Source of the DNA: Fibrobacteria bacterium
GTDB taxonomy: Bacteria; Fibrobacterota; Chitinivibrionia; Chitinivibrionales; FEN-1185
Direction: 5' to 3'
Assembly: GCA_037447435.1 (NCBI GenBank)
Contig: JBBIGR010000005.1
Span: 32,001-96,000 of the forward strand
Length of the DNA stretch: 64,000 nucleotides
Positions 8,993 to 20,074 of this stretch are shown in pieces. Numbering within the stretch: position 1 is the first letter of the stretch; each line of letters opens with the position of its first letter. A model generated the notes under the pieces. That model worked only from the letters and a program-made list of their open reading frames with translations. It had not been told where the DNA came from and did no database searches. The position numbers and the translations under genes are program-made.

Positions 8993-10372
8993 ATGATAAA
9001 AAGATTTATTAACTTGCTCGGTTCAGTACAGGTTATCGTACCGCTTCTTATCGTCATAACAGTGGTTTCTCTCGCCGGCGTCATTGTACCTCAAAGTTTA
9101 CCGACAGCCCAATACCTTCAAATCATGCCCGGATGGAGAAGCTCGATTATTCTCCAACTTGGACTTGATCATATTTTTTCCACATGGTGGTTCTACACGC
9201 TCTTGGGAATATTGGCTGTCAATGTCGTGGCTTGTTCATTGACACATCAGGTGAAAAGCCTGAAAAACGCCGGCGCCATGCGGTTTCTCCAAAAACCCGA
9301 CGATGCAAATCGCCTAAAATGCTCTGTATCTTTTGAGGTGGATGGCGCACAGATTAATGCTGTGGAAACCATAACGGGATTTATGAAACGCCGCATGTTT
9401 TTTTGCTCAAATCAAACCAAAGAAAATGTCACTCAAATCGCGGCGAGGTCTCCCCGGCTTAAAGAAATCGGCTCGCTGATGTTCCATTTAAGCATCCTTT
9501 TCTTTTATGTCGGCGGCATTGTGAGTACTATGGGCGGGTTTTCATATGTTAAAGAGCTATGTTCCGGCGACGTGGTTGGAGTCCAAAATTGGCCCTACCG
9601 GATACGATGCGACGGTTTCAAGGTGGAAAGAAACCAGGACGGAGCTGTTTCATCGTACAAATCCAATTTAACAGTACTGTCGGCCGATTCGACCCAACTG
9701 TTGAAAAAAGTCGTTGAAGTCAATCATCCGCTTGCTTTTGCCGGTGTCAATTTTTATCAAAACAGCTACGGAGAACAATCGGGAAGTTTTGAAGTTGCAA
9801 GTCTGCAGGTTTTTGGCCCTCAATTCGATACAAGCGGCTACATGACCGCCGCTTCCTTAAATACGCCGGTGACGCTCCCCGGTAACGGCATAACTTTGAC
9901 CGTTTCCCGATTTATCTCGGATTTCATCATCGACATGCAATCCGGCGAAGCGACATCCCGTTCCGACAGGCCGAATAATCCCGCTGTCAAGGTTACATTG
10001 ACCAGGGGGGCCGATACGTTGTACAGCGGCTGGGCTTTTGAGAATTACCCCGACGTTCATCAGGAATCAAAAAAAGACTATAAAGTCGTTTTTGTCGGCT
10101 ATGAACCCCGTTATTATACCGGCATCAAGATTTCCCATAACCCCGGCAATCCATTCATCTGGTTTGGTTTTGCTTTCATGACATTGGGAATTTTCCTCGT
10201 GTTTTATTTTCCGCATCGGAATTATTGGATTTTCATCGGGCAGGGAAATAACCGGAAGGTTATTGTGACCGTCGGCGGTGCATCGAGCCGCTCGGCATCG
10301 GCATTTCAGGCAGAATTTAACCATAGTTGCGATTCTTTGAAACGTGTACTGAAGGAGGGATCTTCATCGTGA
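8993..10372 (+). CDS. resB: Cytochrome c biogenesis protein ResB/CcsB (System II)
   Basis: SLAGVIVPQ, LGLDHIFSTWWF, FHLS, VEVNHPLAFAGVNFYQNSY, YTGIKISHNPG motifs. Confidence 0.92.
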   Translation: MIKRFINLLGSVQVIVPLLIVITVVSLAGVIVPQSLPTAQYLQIMPGWRSSIILQLGLDHIFSTWWFYTLLGILAVNVVACSLTHQVKSLKNAGAMRFLQKPDDANRLKCSVSFEVDGAQINAVETITGFMKRRMFFCSNQTKENVTQIAARSPRLKEIGSLMFHLSILFFYVGGIVSTMGGFSYVKELCSGDVVGVQNWPYRIRCDGFKVERNQDGAVSSYKSNLTVLSADSTQLLKKVVEVNHPLAFAGVNFYQNSYGEQSGSFEVASLQVFGPQFDTSGYMTAASLNTPVTLPGNGITLTVSRFISDFIIDMQSGEATSRSDRPNNPAVKVTLTRGADTLYSGWAFENYPDVHQESKKDYKVVFVGYEPRYYTGIKISHNPGNPFIWFGFAFMTLGIFLVFYFPHRNYWIFIGQGNNRKVIVTVGGASSRSASAFQAEFNHSCDSLKRVLKEGSSS

Positions 10373-11202
10373 ATATTTTTGCTCAAAATTCTATCGAATT
10401 CACTTTTTTCTGGTGGGCTTTTATTGCGTACTCAGCATCGTGTCTTTTGTACGTAGCCTATTTTCCTATTTCAAAAAAATGGCTCGCCACCTCGGCTTCG
10501 ATCGCAATGGCAATCGGATTGTTGATGCAAACACTGGCAATGATTGAACGGACCGTTCATATCCATCATATGCCTCTCACGAACATGTTCGAATACATAA
10601 GCCTGTTCGCCTGGTTTGCGACCTGTTTCTATTTTGTATTCCTCCGGGTTTACAAGTTACATTTACTCGGTGCGGTTATTTCCTTCACCGTCTTCATGCT
10701 AATGGTTGCCGGATCATTATTGCCCAAAGACGCTGAAATGCAACTTGTTCCTGCATTGCAAAGCTATTGGCTTCAAATTCACGTATCGGTAGCATCTTTG
10801 GGTGAAGCTGCGTTTTTAGTCGCATTTGCGGCCAATATCCTTTACTTCCTAAAAACCGGAATGTCCAAAACGTCTGCATTCGCCTCTCGATTGCCCGATG
10901 CCCAGACACTCGATCGTATTGCATACAAAGCCATCACGGTCGGTTACCCTTTGTTTACCATCGGTGCGTTGTTTGCCGGCGCAATTTGGGCGGAACAAGC
11001 GTGGGGCAGTTTTTGGAGCTGGGACCCTAAAGAAGTAGGTTCTTTGATCGTATGGTTGATTTATTCCGCATACCTTCATGCCCGATTTGTCAAGGGATGG
11101 ACGGGTTCGCGGGCCGCGATTCTCAGTACGACGGCGTTTACTTGTACCTTGCTTACGTTTTTCGCAAACCTTATTCTCGGAGGTCTGCACGCATACGGCT
11201 AA
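10369..11202 (+). CDS. ccsA: Cytochrome c synthase CcsA/ResC (System II)
   Basis: GTG start after AAGGAGG; PLTNMFE, LVPALQSYWLQIHV, WWD domain GAIWAEQAWGSFWSWDPKE, terminal GLHAYG. Confidence 0.95.
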   Translation: MNIFAQNSIEFTFFWWAFIAYSASCLLYVAYFPISKKWLATSASIAMAIGLLMQTLAMIERTVHIHHMPLTNMFEYISLFAWFATCFYFVFLRVYKLHLLGAVISFTVFMLMVAGSLLPKDAEMQLVPALQSYWLQIHVSVASLGEAAFLVAFAANILYFLKTGMSKTSAFASRLPDAQTLDRIAYKAITVGYPLFTIGALFAGAIWAEQAWGSFWSWDPKEVGSLIVWLIYSAYLHARFVKGWTGSRAAILSTTAFTCTLLTFFANLILGGLHAYG

Positions 11203-11323
11203 TCCCGACGGCTATCGGCCTCCTCAAATGGATCGGGTTACTGAATTCGCAGCATCTCGGGTTTGCCGAACCGTTATATTGTAGCTTCCGAATGGAAAAA
11301 TTACCGAAGAGGTCGGCCTTGCA

Positions 11324-12130
11324 ATGACACATATTTTTTCCGAAATTATCCGGATTGTTATTCCGGTTGCTTACTTTGCGGTATCGGTAAGCTTTATCGT
11401 CGCATTCACGAAGAAACAACAATTGTCTTCTGTTTGGCCGTCACTTTTTCTTGCAATTGGTCTTTTTGCCCATACCTGCCTGCTGATCAATATTCTCATT
11501 GCAAACGGATATTATCTTATAGAAACCCCTTTTGAAGGGCTTGCATTCTGCGGCTGGTTTTTTATCGTCGCTTCAACCTTGCTGGTGTATAGGCAAAAAG
11601 AAGCAAGTTTCGGTGCGTTCCTTTTTCCCGCCGGCTTTGTCGTATCGACCCTGGCCGTTATTTTTATCAGCCAAGGTCCTCACCTGCCGAAATTTCTCTT
11701 GTCGCAACCATTCATGGCTCATACGTGGATATTGTTCGGTTCGTATGCATGTTTTCTGCTTTCCGCCATTATCTCGATTATGTATCTGGTACAACATCAC
11801 CTGATTCGATCCCGTTCACTGGGTTCGGTATACGAACGTCTTCCGGCACTCGAGGTCATGGATCAGGTTATCATGAACTGCGATGCCGTTGGCGCGGCTT
11901 TGTTGATTATCGGCATTGTTATGGGTTTTCTTCTTATGAATTCGGCAATAATCAGACCTCCGAATTTGAACATCAAGATTTCATTCGCCATGCTTGCAGC
12001 CGTAACGTACGCCTGCGAACATATTTTACGAGTCGGAATCGGATGGAAAGGTCAACGGGCCTGTTTCGTTTCGATTTTCGGGTTTGTACTCATCATGATC
12101 ACCCTGTTGTCGGGGCGCCATGGATTCTAA
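11324..12130 (+). CDS. CcsA-like/HemX-like membrane protein lacking the WWD motif
   Basis: About 8 membrane helices; YERLPALEVMD and GWKGQRA motifs of the cytochrome c assembly family; overlaps the hemA start. Confidence 0.75.
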   Translation: MTHIFSEIIRIVIPVAYFAVSVSFIVAFTKKQQLSSVWPSLFLAIGLFAHTCLLINILIANGYYLIETPFEGLAFCGWFFIVASTLLVYRQKEASFGAFLFPAGFVVSTLAVIFISQGPHLPKFLLSQPFMAHTWILFGSYACFLLSAIISIMYLVQHHLIRSRSLGSVYERLPALEVMDQVIMNCDAVGAALLIIGIVMGFLLMNSAIIRPPNLNIKISFAMLAAVTYACEHILRVGIGWKGQRACFVSIFGFVLIMITLLSGRHGF

Positions 12131-13406
12131 CGTCGACATTTGCAAACATGTCGTAGTATTTGGCATTAGCCATAACACCGGTTCTCTCGGCGTCCGTGAA
12201 AAAATTTTGTTTGCGGAACAAGACATTCCTGAGGCGCTTTCGGAACTTTGCAAGCTCGACGGTGTATTGGAAGCCGTTATACTCTCTACCTGCAACCGTG
12301 TAGAAATTTATGCAGTGATAGACAAACCGGATAAAGCGCAGGCGTTACTCTCTTCTTTCATCAGCGCAAAAAAAAACATTCCCCTGGAAGACTTCGAAAA
12401 GCACATCTATTTTCACCGATGTAACCAAGCCGTTGAGCACCTTTTCCACGTAACCGGCAGTCTCGATTCCCTCGTTGTGGGCGAAGCCCAAATTCTTTCC
12501 CAGGTAAAAAACGCCTTTTCCGTTGCCCGAGAAAACGGTTCCACGGGGATAGTACTCAATAAACTTTTTCTTTTCGCAATAACCTCGGGCAAACGTGTCC
12601 GTTCGGAAACGAAAATAGGCAAAGGAGCGGTATCAATTTCCCAGGCGGGTGTGGAACTTGCAAAAAAAATACTCGGTCAGCTCACGAACCACTGCGCCAT
12701 GATTATCGGTGCCGGCGAAATGAGCGAACTTACCGCAAAACATCTTAAAAGCGCCGGCATCAGGAAGCTCTTTTTTGCAAACCGGACTCTCGACCGGGCT
12801 GCTGCATTGTCTGCACAATTCGACGGCGCCGCCATAAACCTCGCCGAAATGCCGGGGATACTGCCCGAATGCGACATCGTAATTTCGTCCACGGCATCGC
12901 CCGATTACATAATCGACGTCGACGACATGCGTGAAGTAATTGTAAAACGCAAAAACCAACCGATCCTTCTAATAGACATTGCCGCACCGCGCGATATCCA
13001 TCCCGATGTCGGCAAACTCTACAACGTGTTTCTTTACACCATAGACGATTTGGCCCAGGTTGCAAAATATAATGTCGAAGCAAGAACCAATGAAATTGCC
13101 GCTGCAATGATAATCATAAACGAAGAGATGAACGAATACTTCGAGTGGTATAATTATCTCCGCGTGCAGCCGATAGTCGTGTCTTTACGGAAGAAATTCG
13201 ATACGATTCGCGATAAAAACTTGACCTTGTTGGCCGGACAAATAGCGGAAATGCCCGAAGAAACCCGGAATTTGATTAAAAATTTCGCAAGCGAGTTGAC
13301 AGACGATTTCTTTGAAATGCCGTCTATCGCCCTGCGCGAATCGGCAGGCACGTCCGACTGGATGCAATTATCGGATGCACTCACCAAATTGTTTAAACTG
13401 AAATAA
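12120..13406 (+). CDS. hemA: Glutamyl-tRNA reductase
   Basis: GISHNT, ILSTCNRVEIY, SLDSLVVGEAQILSQVK, IIGAGEM, IDIAAPRDI. Confidence 0.97.
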   Translation: MDSNVDICKHVVVFGISHNTGSLGVREKILFAEQDIPEALSELCKLDGVLEAVILSTCNRVEIYAVIDKPDKAQALLSSFISAKKNIPLEDFEKHIYFHRCNQAVEHLFHVTGSLDSLVVGEAQILSQVKNAFSVARENGSTGIVLNKLFLFAITSGKRVRSETKIGKGAVSISQAGVELAKKILGQLTNHCAMIIGAGEMSELTAKHLKSAGIRKLFFANRTLDRAAALSAQFDGAAINLAEMPGILPECDIVISSTASPDYIIDVDDMREVIVKRKNQPILLIDIAAPRDIHPDVGKLYNVFLYTIDDLAQVAKYNVEARTNEIAAAMIIINEEMNEYFEWYNYLRVQPIVVSLRKKFDTIRDKNLTLLAGQIAEMPEETRNLIKNFASELTDDFFEMPSIALRESAGTSDWMQLSDALTKLFKLK

Positions 13407-13411
13407 GCGCC

Positions 13412-14053
13412 ATGAAGAACAATCATACCTACCCTGTTTTTCTTGATTTGCACGGTATTTCATGTCTGGTGGTCGGCGGCGGCCGAATTGCAACCCGTAA
13501 AGTACTTTCGTTGGTACGAGCCGGTGCTCGTCTGACCGTGGTCAGCCCTTTGGTGAACGCAAGGATTTTAAAATTGGCGCATAAAAACAAGCTGGTCTGG
13601 AAAGCTGAACCATACGCCAAATCATGTCTTTGCGCTATGCGAATGGTCATTGCGGCAACCAACGATAAAAAAGTAAATCATCAGATTTTCAATGATGCGG
13701 AAATGCTGGGAATAATGGCCAATGTCGTCGACGATCCGGACTATTGCCGTTTTGTGCTGCCAGCCCGATTCACCTCGGGAAATCTGGAAATTGCCGTAAC
13801 CACGGGCGGAGCAGCCCCCGTATATTCAAAAATAGTACGGGATGATATAGCAAACCATGTTGTTGCAAAATATACTCCGATAATTTCGGCCCTAGGAAAG
13901 AACCGGCTCAGGATCAAAAACCTTTCCCCTGGTTCTAAAAATGTATTTTGGAAAAAGGTGGCATCGGTTGACAACACCGGAAAAATCGGCTTAAAAAAAG
14001 TCAAGACCATTATTAACGATACCGTAAAGACTGCTGAAGGTGGTAATCAATGA
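13412..14053 (+). CDS. sirC: Precorrin-2 dehydrogenase / sirohydrochlorin ferrochelatase (CysG N-terminal, Met8/SirC type)
   Basis: YPVFLDL, LVVGGGRIATRK, IAATND, NVVDDPDYCRFVLPA, IAVTTGGAAP. Confidence 0.9.
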   Translation: MKNNHTYPVFLDLHGISCLVVGGGRIATRKVLSLVRAGARLTVVSPLVNARILKLAHKNKLVWKAEPYAKSCLCAMRMVIAATNDKKVNHQIFNDAEMLGIMANVVDDPDYCRFVLPARFTSGNLEIAVTTGGAAPVYSKIVRDDIANHVVAKYTPIISALGKNRLRIKNLSPGSKNVFWKKVASVDNTGKIGLKKVKTIINDTVKTAEGGNQ

Positions 14054-14985
14054 CGTCCAGAATATTTCGCGTGGCAACCAGAGCAAGCCAGCTTGCCCTG
14101 ACCCAAACAAAGCAAACCGTCGCTTTACTTGAAAAGGCAAACCCGGGTATCGCTTTTGAGCTCGTTACGATCCGGACATCGGGAGACGCCTCAACGAATA
14201 CGCCGCTCGCAGGTTTCGGCGGCGTAGGCGTATTTGTAAAGGAACTTGAGACTGCTTTGCGCGAAGACAGAGCCGATTTGGCTATTCACAGCCTCAAGGA
14301 TGTTCCGTCGTCGGTTGCACAGGGGATGGTAATTGCCGCGATTCCTTCACGTGTCTCCCCATGGGATGTGGTTATCACAAACTCAGGACTATCACTTGAC
14401 AAAATCCCCCATGGTGCAAAGGTAGGCACCGGCAGTCCTCGCCGGATTATGCAGCTAAAAGCGATTCGTCCCGATTTACGGTGCGAAGATATTCGCGGAA
14501 ACCTTGACACAAGAATTAAAAAGCTCTCACAAGGAGATTTTGATGCAATCATTCTTGCTGCCGCCGGAATGATTCGGCTCGGCATCGCCTTTAACCAAAA
14601 TGGAGTACTGTCTCTTTCACAATGTATTCCTGCCTGCGGCCAAGGCGCCTTGGGATTGGAGTGCCGTGCCGACGACGCAGAAACCGTTTCGATCGTCAGA
14701 AAAATCAATGATGCAACATCGGAACAAGAAGCAACGGCCGAACGATCGTTCATGAAACGTACGGGTGCGGGTTGTGCGGTTCCGGTTGCCGCCTTTGCAA
14801 AAATAAGCGAAAAAAACCTTGTCATACGGGCGGTTGCTGGCGATCTGACAACCGGCGCCATCGTATCCTCGGAAAAAAGCGGACCATCTGAAGAATTCAA
14901 CCGCATCGGCATTGCCTGCGCCGATGAAATTCTTACCAAATGCGCTGAACACGGAATAACCCTTTCCCCGGAGCGACGTTCGTGA
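14050..14985 (+). CDS. hemC: Hydroxymethylbilane synthase
   Basis: ATRASQLALTQ, GVFVKELE, AIHSLKDVP, GTGSPRR, IRGNLDTR, GAGCAVP. Confidence 0.97.
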   Translation: MTSRIFRVATRASQLALTQTKQTVALLEKANPGIAFELVTIRTSGDASTNTPLAGFGGVGVFVKELETALREDRADLAIHSLKDVPSSVAQGMVIAAIPSRVSPWDVVITNSGLSLDKIPHGAKVGTGSPRRIMQLKAIRPDLRCEDIRGNLDTRIKKLSQGDFDAIILAAAGMIRLGIAFNQNGVLSLSQCIPACGQGALGLECRADDAETVSIVRKINDATSEQEATAERSFMKRTGAGCAVPVAAFAKISEKNLVIRAVAGDLTTGAIVSSEKSGPSEEFNRIGIACADEILTKCAEHGITLSPERRS

Positions 14986-16526
14986 AATCCGGAAAAGTTC
15001 AAACGCAAACGGGCAAAATTTATATCGTCGGCGCGGGGCCGGGCGACCCTGAATTGATTTCCGTCAAGGCGAAAAGAATTTTATCCCTGGCCGATGCCGT
15101 AGTCTATGATTCTCTCGTAGCGCCGGAAATTCTTGCGCAAATTCCAGGCGACTGCCAAAAATTTTTCGCAGGGAAAAAATCCCAAATTCATGCCATACAA
15201 CAAGGTGAAATCAATAACCTTCTCGTCAAGCTTGCCCGTGCCGGGAAAATCGTTGTACGGCTTAAAGGCGGAGACCCGTTCATATTTGGCCGCGGAGCAG
15301 AAGAATGTGAAGAAGCGATTGCCGCAAAAATACCCTACGAAATCGTCCCGGGCATATCATCCGGAATCGCAATTCCTGCCTATGCGGGAATTCCCTTGAC
15401 ACATCGGGGCTTGGCTTCATCGGTGGCCTTTGTTACCGGACATGAAGCTGCATCGAAAACGACATCCGCTGTTCGATGGAAGCATTTGGCAAAAGGAATT
15501 GATACGCTTGTTATTTACATGGGCGTTCACAATTTGAATAGCATCGTAAAAAAACTGATAACGCAGGGCCGGGGTATTGCAACACCGGTTGCTTGTATCG
15601 AACGCGGCACTACTCCGCAACAAAGAACCGTTACCGGGACTCTCGGCTCGATAGTTTCTAAAGTCGATGAAGCTCACCTAGGCTCGCCGGCTATTATTAT
15701 TGTGGGTGAAGTTGTCGATAAACGGAAAACCCTGCAATGGTTCGAAAAAGCTCCCTTATTTGGCCGGACAATCATCATTACCCGATCGGCCGAGCAGGCT
15801 CCGATACTTTCAAATTCGTTACGATTGCGCGGAGCGAGGACTATCGAATTTCCTACCATTTTTATTGAGACTACCGGCATAGGCGGTGATTTGGATAAGG
15901 CAATAAAAAATATTTCTTCCTATGCATGGATTGTGTTTACAAGTTCTAACAGTGTGAATGCCTTCTTTAAAAGGCTTATTGCATTACGGCGGGACATCCG
16001 CTGCCTCTATGGGGTACGAATAGCAAGCATAGGACCGAGTACGACCGCATCCATTGAGGCATACAACCTATCCGTCGATGTTACGGCACAAAACAACGTT
16101 GCCGAAGGTCTCATCGAATCTCTTAAAAAGAAAGATTCATGGAAAGGAAGAAAAGTGCTGTTGCCTCGTGCTAAAGAAGCTCGAGACGTTCTGCCCGAAA
16201 CCTTAAAAAAGTGGGGCGCAGACATTCGGATCGTGGCCGCGTATGCAACGGTAAAACCAAAAAATGCCGACCCAAACGTTATTGCCATGATTGCCGACGG
16301 GAACTACGACCTTGTCACATTTACCAGTTCATCGACATTTAAAAACTTCAAAGCCCTCTGCGGACCTGCATCATGGAAACGTATTCGATCGTCGCTTCGC
16401 GCCGTAAGCATAGGGCCGGCAACATCGGAGGCAATCCGTGCATGCGGTATTGAACCCGTAGCCGAAGCAACACCCCATACGATCGATGGCGTTGTCGCTT
16501 GTTTGGAAAAATTGTTACGCAAGTGA
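14982..16526 (+). CDS. cobA: Uroporphyrinogen-III C-methyltransferase / uroporphyrinogen-III synthase fusion (CobA-HemD)
   Basis: GAGPGDPEL, VVRLKGGDPFIFGRG, GIPLTHRG; C-terminal HemD domain with WIVFTSSNSV and VTFTSSST. Confidence 0.95.
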   Translation: MKSGKVQTQTGKIYIVGAGPGDPELISVKAKRILSLADAVVYDSLVAPEILAQIPGDCQKFFAGKKSQIHAIQQGEINNLLVKLARAGKIVVRLKGGDPFIFGRGAEECEEAIAAKIPYEIVPGISSGIAIPAYAGIPLTHRGLASSVAFVTGHEAASKTTSAVRWKHLAKGIDTLVIYMGVHNLNSIVKKLITQGRGIATPVACIERGTTPQQRTVTGTLGSIVSKVDEAHLGSPAIIIVGEVVDKRKTLQWFEKAPLFGRTIIITRSAEQAPILSNSLRLRGARTIEFPTIFIETTGIGGDLDKAIKNISSYAWIVFTSSNSVNAFFKRLIALRRDIRCLYGVRIASIGPSTTASIEAYNLSVDVTAQNNVAEGLIESLKKKDSWKGRKVLLPRAKEARDVLPETLKKWGADIRIVAAYATVKPKNADPNVIAMIADGNYDLVTFTSSSTFKNFKALCGPASWKRIRSSLRAVSIGPATSEAIRACGIEPVAEATPHTIDGVVACLEKLLRK

Positions 16527-16549
16527 TTTGTTTATAAAGGAGAGTACTC

Positions 16550-17530
16550 ATGGGATTTCCGTCCATACGGACCCGGCGTTTACGCCGTAACAAATTAATA
16601 AGAGACCTCGTGACCGAGACCAAGATTGACGTACAGGATTTTATTCTTCCCTTATTCGTGTGCCACGGGAAAAATGTGCGTAATCCGATATCGTCGATGC
16701 CCGGCCACTTTCAGCTTTCGGAAGACGAACTACGGCGGGAATGCGATACAATATCATCCGCCGGGTTACAATCAATTTTACTCTTTGGAATACCAAAGGA
16801 AAAAGACCAAGACGGACGTTGCGCATGCAGGGAAGACGGTATTATCCAGAATGCAGTACGAACGTTAAAAAAAAGTCATCCGAACCTGCTCATTATCACC
16901 GACATTTGCAATTGCGAATACACAACCCACGGTCATTGCGGACCCCTCGTTAACGGTGACGTACATAATGATCAGACAATCGAAATTTTAGCGGAACAAG
17001 CACTTTCTCACGCCCGGGCCGGCGCCGATATTGTTGCACCAAGCGATATGATGGACGGTCGCGTCGGACGGATCAGGCAAACTCTGGACAACAACGGTTT
17101 TCAGGACATTGCCGTAATGTCCTATGCCGCTAAGTACGCTTCCGCATTTTATGGTCCTTTCAGAGAAGCGGCGGAATCGGCACCTACCTTTGGAGATCGC
17201 AAAAGCTATCAAATGGATCCGGCTAATTCAAGGGAGGCATTACGGGAAGTCGAACTCGATATCGAAGAAGGGGCAGACATAATTATGGTCAAACCGGCCC
17301 TCAGTTACCTCGATATCATCAATCAGGTAAAAACCACCTTTCGAGTACCAATAGCGGCTTATAACGTCAGCGGCGAGTTTTCCATGGTAAAAGCTGCCGC
17401 TCAACAAGGTTGGGTCGACGAAAAACGTATTGTACTTGAAATCTTAACGTCAATAAAACGTGCCGGGGCCGATATTATAATTACCTATCATGCCCTTGAA
17501 GCGGCGCATTACCTTGCAAAGGAGCAATAA
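16550..17530 (+). CDS. hemB: Porphobilinogen synthase
   Basis: RTRRLR, DICNCEYTTHGHCG, APSDMMDGR, YAAKYASAFYGPFREA, MVKPAL. Confidence 0.98.
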   Translation: MGFPSIRTRRLRRNKLIRDLVTETKIDVQDFILPLFVCHGKNVRNPISSMPGHFQLSEDELRRECDTISSAGLQSILLFGIPKEKDQDGRCACREDGIIQNAVRTLKKSHPNLLIITDICNCEYTTHGHCGPLVNGDVHNDQTIEILAEQALSHARAGADIVAPSDMMDGRVGRIRQTLDNNGFQDIAVMSYAAKYASAFYGPFREAAESAPTFGDRKSYQMDPANSREALREVELDIEEGADIIMVKPALSYLDIINQVKTTFRVPIAAYNVSGEFSMVKAAAQQGWVDEKRIVLEILTSIKRAGADIIITYHALEAAHYLAKEQ

Positions 17531-17535
17531 TACCC

Positions 17536-18639
17536 ATGAATTCGCCAATGACCAGTGTACCGAACCAGCTTCGGCTTATCGCATGGGAAGTTACCCGTTC
17601 ATGTACGCTGAATTGCAGGCATTGCCGTGCATCTGCTGAAAAAGGTCCTTATACTGGGGAATTGTCTACTACGGAATGCGAGCAAATCCTTGTCAATGTC
17701 GCATCATTTGCCAAGCCGATAATCATTCTGACCGGCGGCGAGCCAATGCTGAGGCCCGATATTTATCATCTTGCCGAATTCGGCCACAAACTTGGGTTAC
17801 GTATGGTAATGGCTCCGTGCGGTAAACTTTTGACTGAAGAATCCTGTTTGCAACTCAAGGCCTCCGGCATTCAACGAATCAGTTTAAGCATCGATGGCGC
17901 CACAGCCCAATCTCATGATTCTTTTCGCCGGGTCGACGGCGCATTTGCAAGTGTCATGGCCGGTATCGAGGTCGCAAGGAAAACAGGGTTGGAATTTCAA
18001 ATCAACACGACGGTTACAAAACTCAACGTCGAAGAATTGCCGGCAATTTTCGATTTAGCAATCAGCCTTGGCGCAGTATCGTTTCACCCGTTTTTACTGG
18101 TGCCGACCGGCAGAGGAAAAGAATTGGCCGACCAGGAAATTCCCCCGGAGCAATATGAACGGGTGCTGAACTGGATTTATGAGCATAGCGCGCACAAGGT
18201 AAAAGCGGCACTAACCCTGAAACCGACCTGCGCGCCGCATTACTACCGGATTCTTCGTCAACGGGAAAAGGAAGCGGGCAGGACCGTCACCATGCAAACA
18301 CATGGTCTGGACGCAATGACCAAGGGTTGTCTCGGCGGTCAAGGTTTTGCTTTTATTTCTCATGTCGGTGTCGTTCAAATTTGCGGCTTTCTCGATATTC
18401 CCGCAGGTAATCTGCGGGAAAACAACGGCAATTTCAAATCCGTGTGGGACAATTCGCCCCTGTTTCATGAAATGAGGAATCTTGACGGTTATCACGGCCG
18501 ATGCGGTTATTGTGAATACAGGAGGGTATGCAGCGGATGCCGGGCACGCGCCTATGAATCGACCGGCGATTATCTGGCGGAAGAACCATATTGCGTTTAT
18601 GAACCAGCAAAGAAAAATTCGGAAGGTACCAATGTATAA
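17536..18639 (+). CDS. ahbD: AdoMet-dependent heme b synthase (radical SAM/SPASM Fe-coproporphyrin III decarboxylase)
   Basis: [72 protein letters not shown]. Confidence 0.88.
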   Translation: MNSPMTSVPNQLRLIAWEVTRSCTLNCRHCRASAEKGPYTGELSTTECEQILVNVASFAKPIIILTGGEPMLRPDIYHLAEFGHKLGLRMVMAPCGKLLTEESCLQLKASGIQRISLSIDGATAQSHDSFRRVDGAFASVMAGIEVARKTGLEFQINTTVTKLNVEELPAIFDLAISLGAVSFHPFLLVPTGRGKELADQEIPPEQYERVLNWIYEHSAHKVKAALTLKPTCAPHYYRILRQREKEAGRTVTMQTHGLDAMTKGCLGGQGFAFISHVGVVQICGFLDIPAGNLRENNGNFKSVWDNSPLFHEMRNLDGYHGRCGYCEYRRVCSGCRARAYESTGDYLAEEPYCVYEPAKKNSEGTNV

Positions 18640-19924
18640 TACGGCAAAAAGTTCTGCGGCATTTACAGAAGCAAAAAAATATATCGTCGGCGGCGTTAAT
18701 TCGCCGGTAAGGGCGTTCAAAAGCGTTGGCGGCGCCCCGATTTTCTTTTCATCGGGCAAGGGCGCATATATCGAAGATATCGACGGCAATTCCTATATGG
18801 ACTTCGTTGCTTCATGGGGCCCCCTAATTTTGGGACATTGTCATCCGGACGTTGTCGAGGCCATTAGCACTACGGCAAGGCTCGGAACAAGTTACGGCGC
18901 CCCCACCTTACTTGAAACCGAACTCGCGAAGCTCATAACCGCAATGGTACCATCCCTTGAACTTGTCCGTTTTGTCAACTCAGGTACGGAGGCGACAATG
19001 AGCGCCGTGCGTTTGGCACGAGGATTTACTAAACGTAACTGTATTATAAAATTTGAAGGGTGTTATCACGGTCACGGTGACAGTTTTCTTATCGCCGCAG
19101 GATCCGGCGTTGCAACACTCGGCATCCCCGATAGCCCCGGAGTCACCCCAGGCACCGCAGGCGACACTTTGATAGCACGCTACAATGATCTTGAATCCGT
19201 AAGAACAATTTTCAAGAAATACCCGGAAAAAATTGCCGCGGTCATTGTAGAGCCTGTGGCAGGAAACATGGGTGTTGTCGTACCAAAGAAAGGCTTCTTA
19301 GAAGGACTGCGCGATCTAACATCCTCGAACGGAAGTTTATTGATTTTTGATGAGGTAATGAGCGGTTTCCGGGTTTCGGCAGGAGGGGCGCAGGAGCTTT
19401 ACGGAATTCGTCCGGATCTTTCTACATTCGGGAAAGTGATCGGCGGAGGTTTACCCGTTGGGGCCTACGGCGGGCGCAGAGACATAATGGAAAACATCGC
19501 CCCTCTCGGTTCGATATATCAGGCAGGTACACTTTCGGGGAATCCGCTTGCAATGGCGGCGGGACTTGCGACTTTGAGCTATATCAATAAAACAAAAGAT
19601 TTCTATGAAATCTTGGAAAAACGTTCTCAGCATTTGGCAAACGGGCTTATTTCGAATTGCCAATCTGCGGGAATACCAGTAGTATTGAACCGAGTCGGTT
19701 CAATGATGACAATGTTTTTTACTACGGAAAAATCGGTTTCATCGTGGGATGAGGCAAAAAAAAGCGACACCGCCCGATATGCCCGGTATTTTCAGAATTC
19801 ACTCTCCGGCGGCATTTATTTGGCACCTTCGCAATTTGAGGCGGCATTTATTTCCGCGGCTCACACTGAAAACGACATCGACAATGCCATAGAAGCCGGC
19901 AAACGCGCTCTAACAAACGTGTAA
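18632..19924 (+). CDS. hemL: Glutamate-1-semialdehyde 2,1-aminomutase
   Basis: ATG 18632; [47 protein letters not shown]. Confidence 0.97.
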   Translation: MYNTAKSSAAFTEAKKYIVGGVNSPVRAFKSVGGAPIFFSSGKGAYIEDIDGNSYMDFVASWGPLILGHCHPDVVEAISTTARLGTSYGAPTLLETELAKLITAMVPSLELVRFVNSGTEATMSAVRLARGFTKRNCIIKFEGCYHGHGDSFLIAAGSGVATLGIPDSPGVTPGTAGDTLIARYNDLESVRTIFKKYPEKIAAVIVEPVAGNMGVVVPKKGFLEGLRDLTSSNGSLLIFDEVMSGFRVSAGGAQELYGIRPDLSTFGKVIGGGLPVGAYGGRRDIMENIAPLGSIYQAGTLSGNPLAMAAGLATLSYINKTKDFYEILEKRSQHLANGLISNCQSAGIPVVLNRVGSMMTMFFTTEKSVSSWDEAKKSDTARYARYFQNSLSGGIYLAPSQFEAAFISAAHTENDIDNAIEAGKRALTNV

Positions 19925-20074
19925 TCCGGGCCATTTCACCACATTCCTGCAATGGAACACAATGAAAATCTGGATGAAACCGATACCGAAAGTTCGTATG
20001 CCATTTTCCTTTCATGGTGTAGAAATGGTAGTGCAGCAACATTGTTCTCCTCCAACAAAGGCCGAACGACAACG

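Noticed and set aside
11203..11323. 120-bp gap between ccsA and the hemX-like gene with possible GGCCTCCTC/GAGGTCGGCC pairing
   Set aside because: Pairing is short and imperfect; no recognisable riboswitch or terminator.
12120..19924. Complete siroheme-dependent (Ahb) heme pathway
   Set aside because: Only ahbD is present; no ahbA/ahbB or ahbC in the window, while hemE/hemH/hemY are present. Copies elsewhere cannot be excluded.
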